Shown here one piece after another: positions 61,555 through 64,000 of a stretch of 64,000 nucleotides of DNA. Under the pieces are notes generated by a model, which was given only the letters and a program-made list of their open reading frames with translations, had not been told where the DNA came from and did not search any database. The position numbers were made by a program, and so were the translations under genes. The stretch lies in the NCBI GenBank assembly GCA_028534125.1, contig CM052837.1, forward strand, positions 868,001-932,000, in the 5' to 3' direction. Position 1 is the stretch's first letter, and every line of letters starts with the position of its first letter. This DNA comes from Lama glama. Lineage: Eukaryota.

Positions 61555-62400
61555 GGAAAGGCCATTAAGAATTCAGTTTACAACAGCACCGAAGAGACGT
61601 TTAACCCCGGAGATGAAGGGCTCGGACGCTGGAAGCTACAAAATGTTGCTGAAAGAAAGTAAAGGCACAGATAAATGGAAAGACATCCAGTGTTCATGGA
61701 TTGGAAGATGATGTTTTTAAGATGCTCGTACTACCCAAAGCAAGCTGCAGGTTCAACATAATCCCCCGCAAAATCCTCATGGGTTTTTTTGTAGAAACAG
61801 AAAACTTCATCCTAAATTTTATGTGGAATAAGGGACCCAGAATAGTCAAAACAATCTTGAAAAAAAAAGAACGAAGTTGGAGGCGTCACATTTCCTGATT
61901 TAAAAACCGACTGCAAAGCACAGCAGTGTGGTCCTGGCAGACAGACAGACAGACAGACAGACCAAGGGAACAGAACAGACAGCCCAGGAGCAAACTCACG
62001 TACGCGATCAAATGGTTTTCAGCCAGGGTGCCAGGATCACGCAGTGAGGAACCCAGTCTTTTCGACAAACGGTGGGAAAACCGGACACCCACGTGCAGAC
62101 ACGTGAAGGTGGACCTCGCCTTACAGCGCAGACAAACACTGCTTCAGATGGACTGGGACCTAAAACTGTGAAACTCCTAGAAGAAAACGGGAGGCTTCAC
62201 GACATGGGACTTGAACGTGATTTCTTAGACGTGCCACCCAAAGCACAGACAGCCACAGTGAAAACAAGCAACGTGGACTAGGTCGGAACGTAAGCACTCT
62301 GTGTGTCACACAGCGGACAGCGAGGAGGCCATCTGCGGAACGGGGGAAGCACCGTGCCGACATGACGTCTGACGGCACCGTGCACGCGGGCAGGAGCACA
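61555..62400 (+). mobile_element. Old L1 ORF2 fragment (degraded) containing a (CAGA)6 repeat at 61938-61962
   Basis: YKMLLKESK..KWKDIQCSWIGR and KMLVLPKASCRFNIIPRKILMGFFVETENFILNFMWNKGPRIVKTILKKK match L1 ORF2p. Confidence 0.88.
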
Positions 62401-64000
62401 GAGAACACTCTCCGCGGCCTCTGCGCGGGGGCTGGCCCGCCGCACACTCCTCTCCGCCCTGGGCTTCTCTGTGCCCTGCTTTCCACGCTCAGTGGGGCGA
62501 CCTCTGCGGCTGCGCCGTGGCTGACAAACGGTGGGTGTTGGCTGCTGTAGACACGCGGACCCATGTGCTCGGGGACGGGACAGGAGACGTTCCTGCGTGT
62601 GCACCTGTCCTGCAAGTGGCGTTGGCACTTGTAATCCTGGTCGGCACCGCCAACTGCCCTGAGAGAGGCTGTCTGTCCGCGCCGCCCCAGCCCAGCTTTG
62701 TCCCCGGGCGTGAAGGTGCCCGTAGGTCCTGACCCACGGCCTGAAGCACCGCCGGCTCGTTGCACTCTGATGGCGCTCCTCTCTTCTGCTGCGAGTGAGA
62801 GGCGTTTACTTCCCGGTTTCTGCCTCTAGCTGCCCTGCCCATGAGCTCCGGGGGGTCCATCTTCACATCACTGACGTGTGAGGATGAAATAAGGACACTG
62901 CCCCCTTTTGAATTTGACGGGTGGTGCCCGTGCGGTCACACTGGGGATTCTTCTTGGATTGCGGTGCCTCCTCCTCTTCAAGGTAGAAGCCCCCCCCCCG
63001 CACCGCATGCACAGGCCGCACGCTCCCGCCACGCACTTAGCGCGTGACCTTTCCCTCTAGGGCCTCCGGTGCCTCGTCGCGCTTCTCCCCTAGCTCCAAA
63101 GCCACTCACCTTCCCAGCCCTCCCGTGTCTCCTTCTAGCAGTTCCATGTTTAATTTTTAGGGGGCTGCGTTTTGTGCTTAACTGCTCCACTCGGCGCGGT
63201 GGCAGTCGGAGTGCCCCGCCGCCGGCTCTGCCCTCGGGGCCCCCCGGGGCCGCCTCGCTCACTGCCTGGGCCCTGTGATGTCTCTGCTCGGCTCTGGGCG
63301 CGTGTCTTGCCCTGGACCATTTCAGAGTTTCGGATTTCACTTCCGGTTCATCTTGCAGCTACTGCCCTGGCCGCGCGGCTCAGCGAGGGGACAGGGCAGG
63401 GCTGGTCAGTCCCCTCTGAGGACCGCATTTCTGCTTCCCGCCTTTACCCAGTTGGAGTTCATTAGGTGGGTTTTAAAAACTCTTCTGCGTTTTCTTCTGC
63501 TTTAAATACGACTTGATGGTCTCAGCTTTGGAGACGTCTTCCCAACCCCAGGGCTCGGTGCCACCACCTCAGGGCTGTTTGACTTGTAACCAGGAGCTCA
63601 GAGACTGTTTACTTGACAGGAAAATCAAAAAAAAGTACTTTGAAAGTCGTTAAATGGGGAGGCATAAGCCGAATGACCTAATGTTATTCTCTGGAGCTGG
63701 GAGGGGTCCTCGGGGTCAGATATTCCAGGAAACAGCGCTGCCTGCCCCCACCCCCGCCAGGGCGACCTCGGGGGCTCTGGGTCAGCCTGAGCTCAGCGTC
63801 ACTGTGTGCGGACTGGACACCCCGGTACCATCCACTGCCCTCCCCGCCCCTCAGCTCCCAGGGTGTGGCTCTGAGCCACCCTGAGGCAGCCTTGTCCCCG
63901 AGCCGTCCTGTGCCCTGAGACCAGAGGGGAGGAAGGCGGGAACTCGGCCCTAAACCTGGGCCCCGCCCTTGGGTTAAGGAGGCCCAGCCGCAAGTGCTGG

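Overview
This is mammalian genomic DNA, not prokaryotic, and it is very GC- and CpG-rich. The tRNA-derived SINEs resemble the camelid Vic-1 type and I see no Alu, B1, Bov-A or PRE-1 elements, so the source is probably a camelid (inference). The window covers the conserved SSTR4-THBD-CD93 locus. Two genes are intact, both on the minus strand: intronless thrombomodulin (THBD, 13408-15147, 579 aa) and two-exon CD93 (33840-31916 plus 31688-31664, 649 aa). At the syntenic SSTR4 position only a frameshifted TM7/C-terminal remnant survives (about 2805-3052), which suggests a unitary pseudogene. Other notable items are a 5'-truncated processed NBN (nibrin) pseudogene with its poly(A) tail (about 52760-53618), a solo ERV LTR carrying an array of CCAAT boxes and octamer motifs (55850-56387), a 16-bp G-rich minisatellite, a 100-N assembly gap, and many old L1, L2, MIR, MaLR and MER fragments. 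These old repeats show strong AT-to-GC drift, consistent with GC-biased gene conversion. Almost all other ORFs in the track look like GC-content artefacts. I found no evidence for a new multi-gene system. Orthologue and repeat-family comparisons are from memory, not from database searches.
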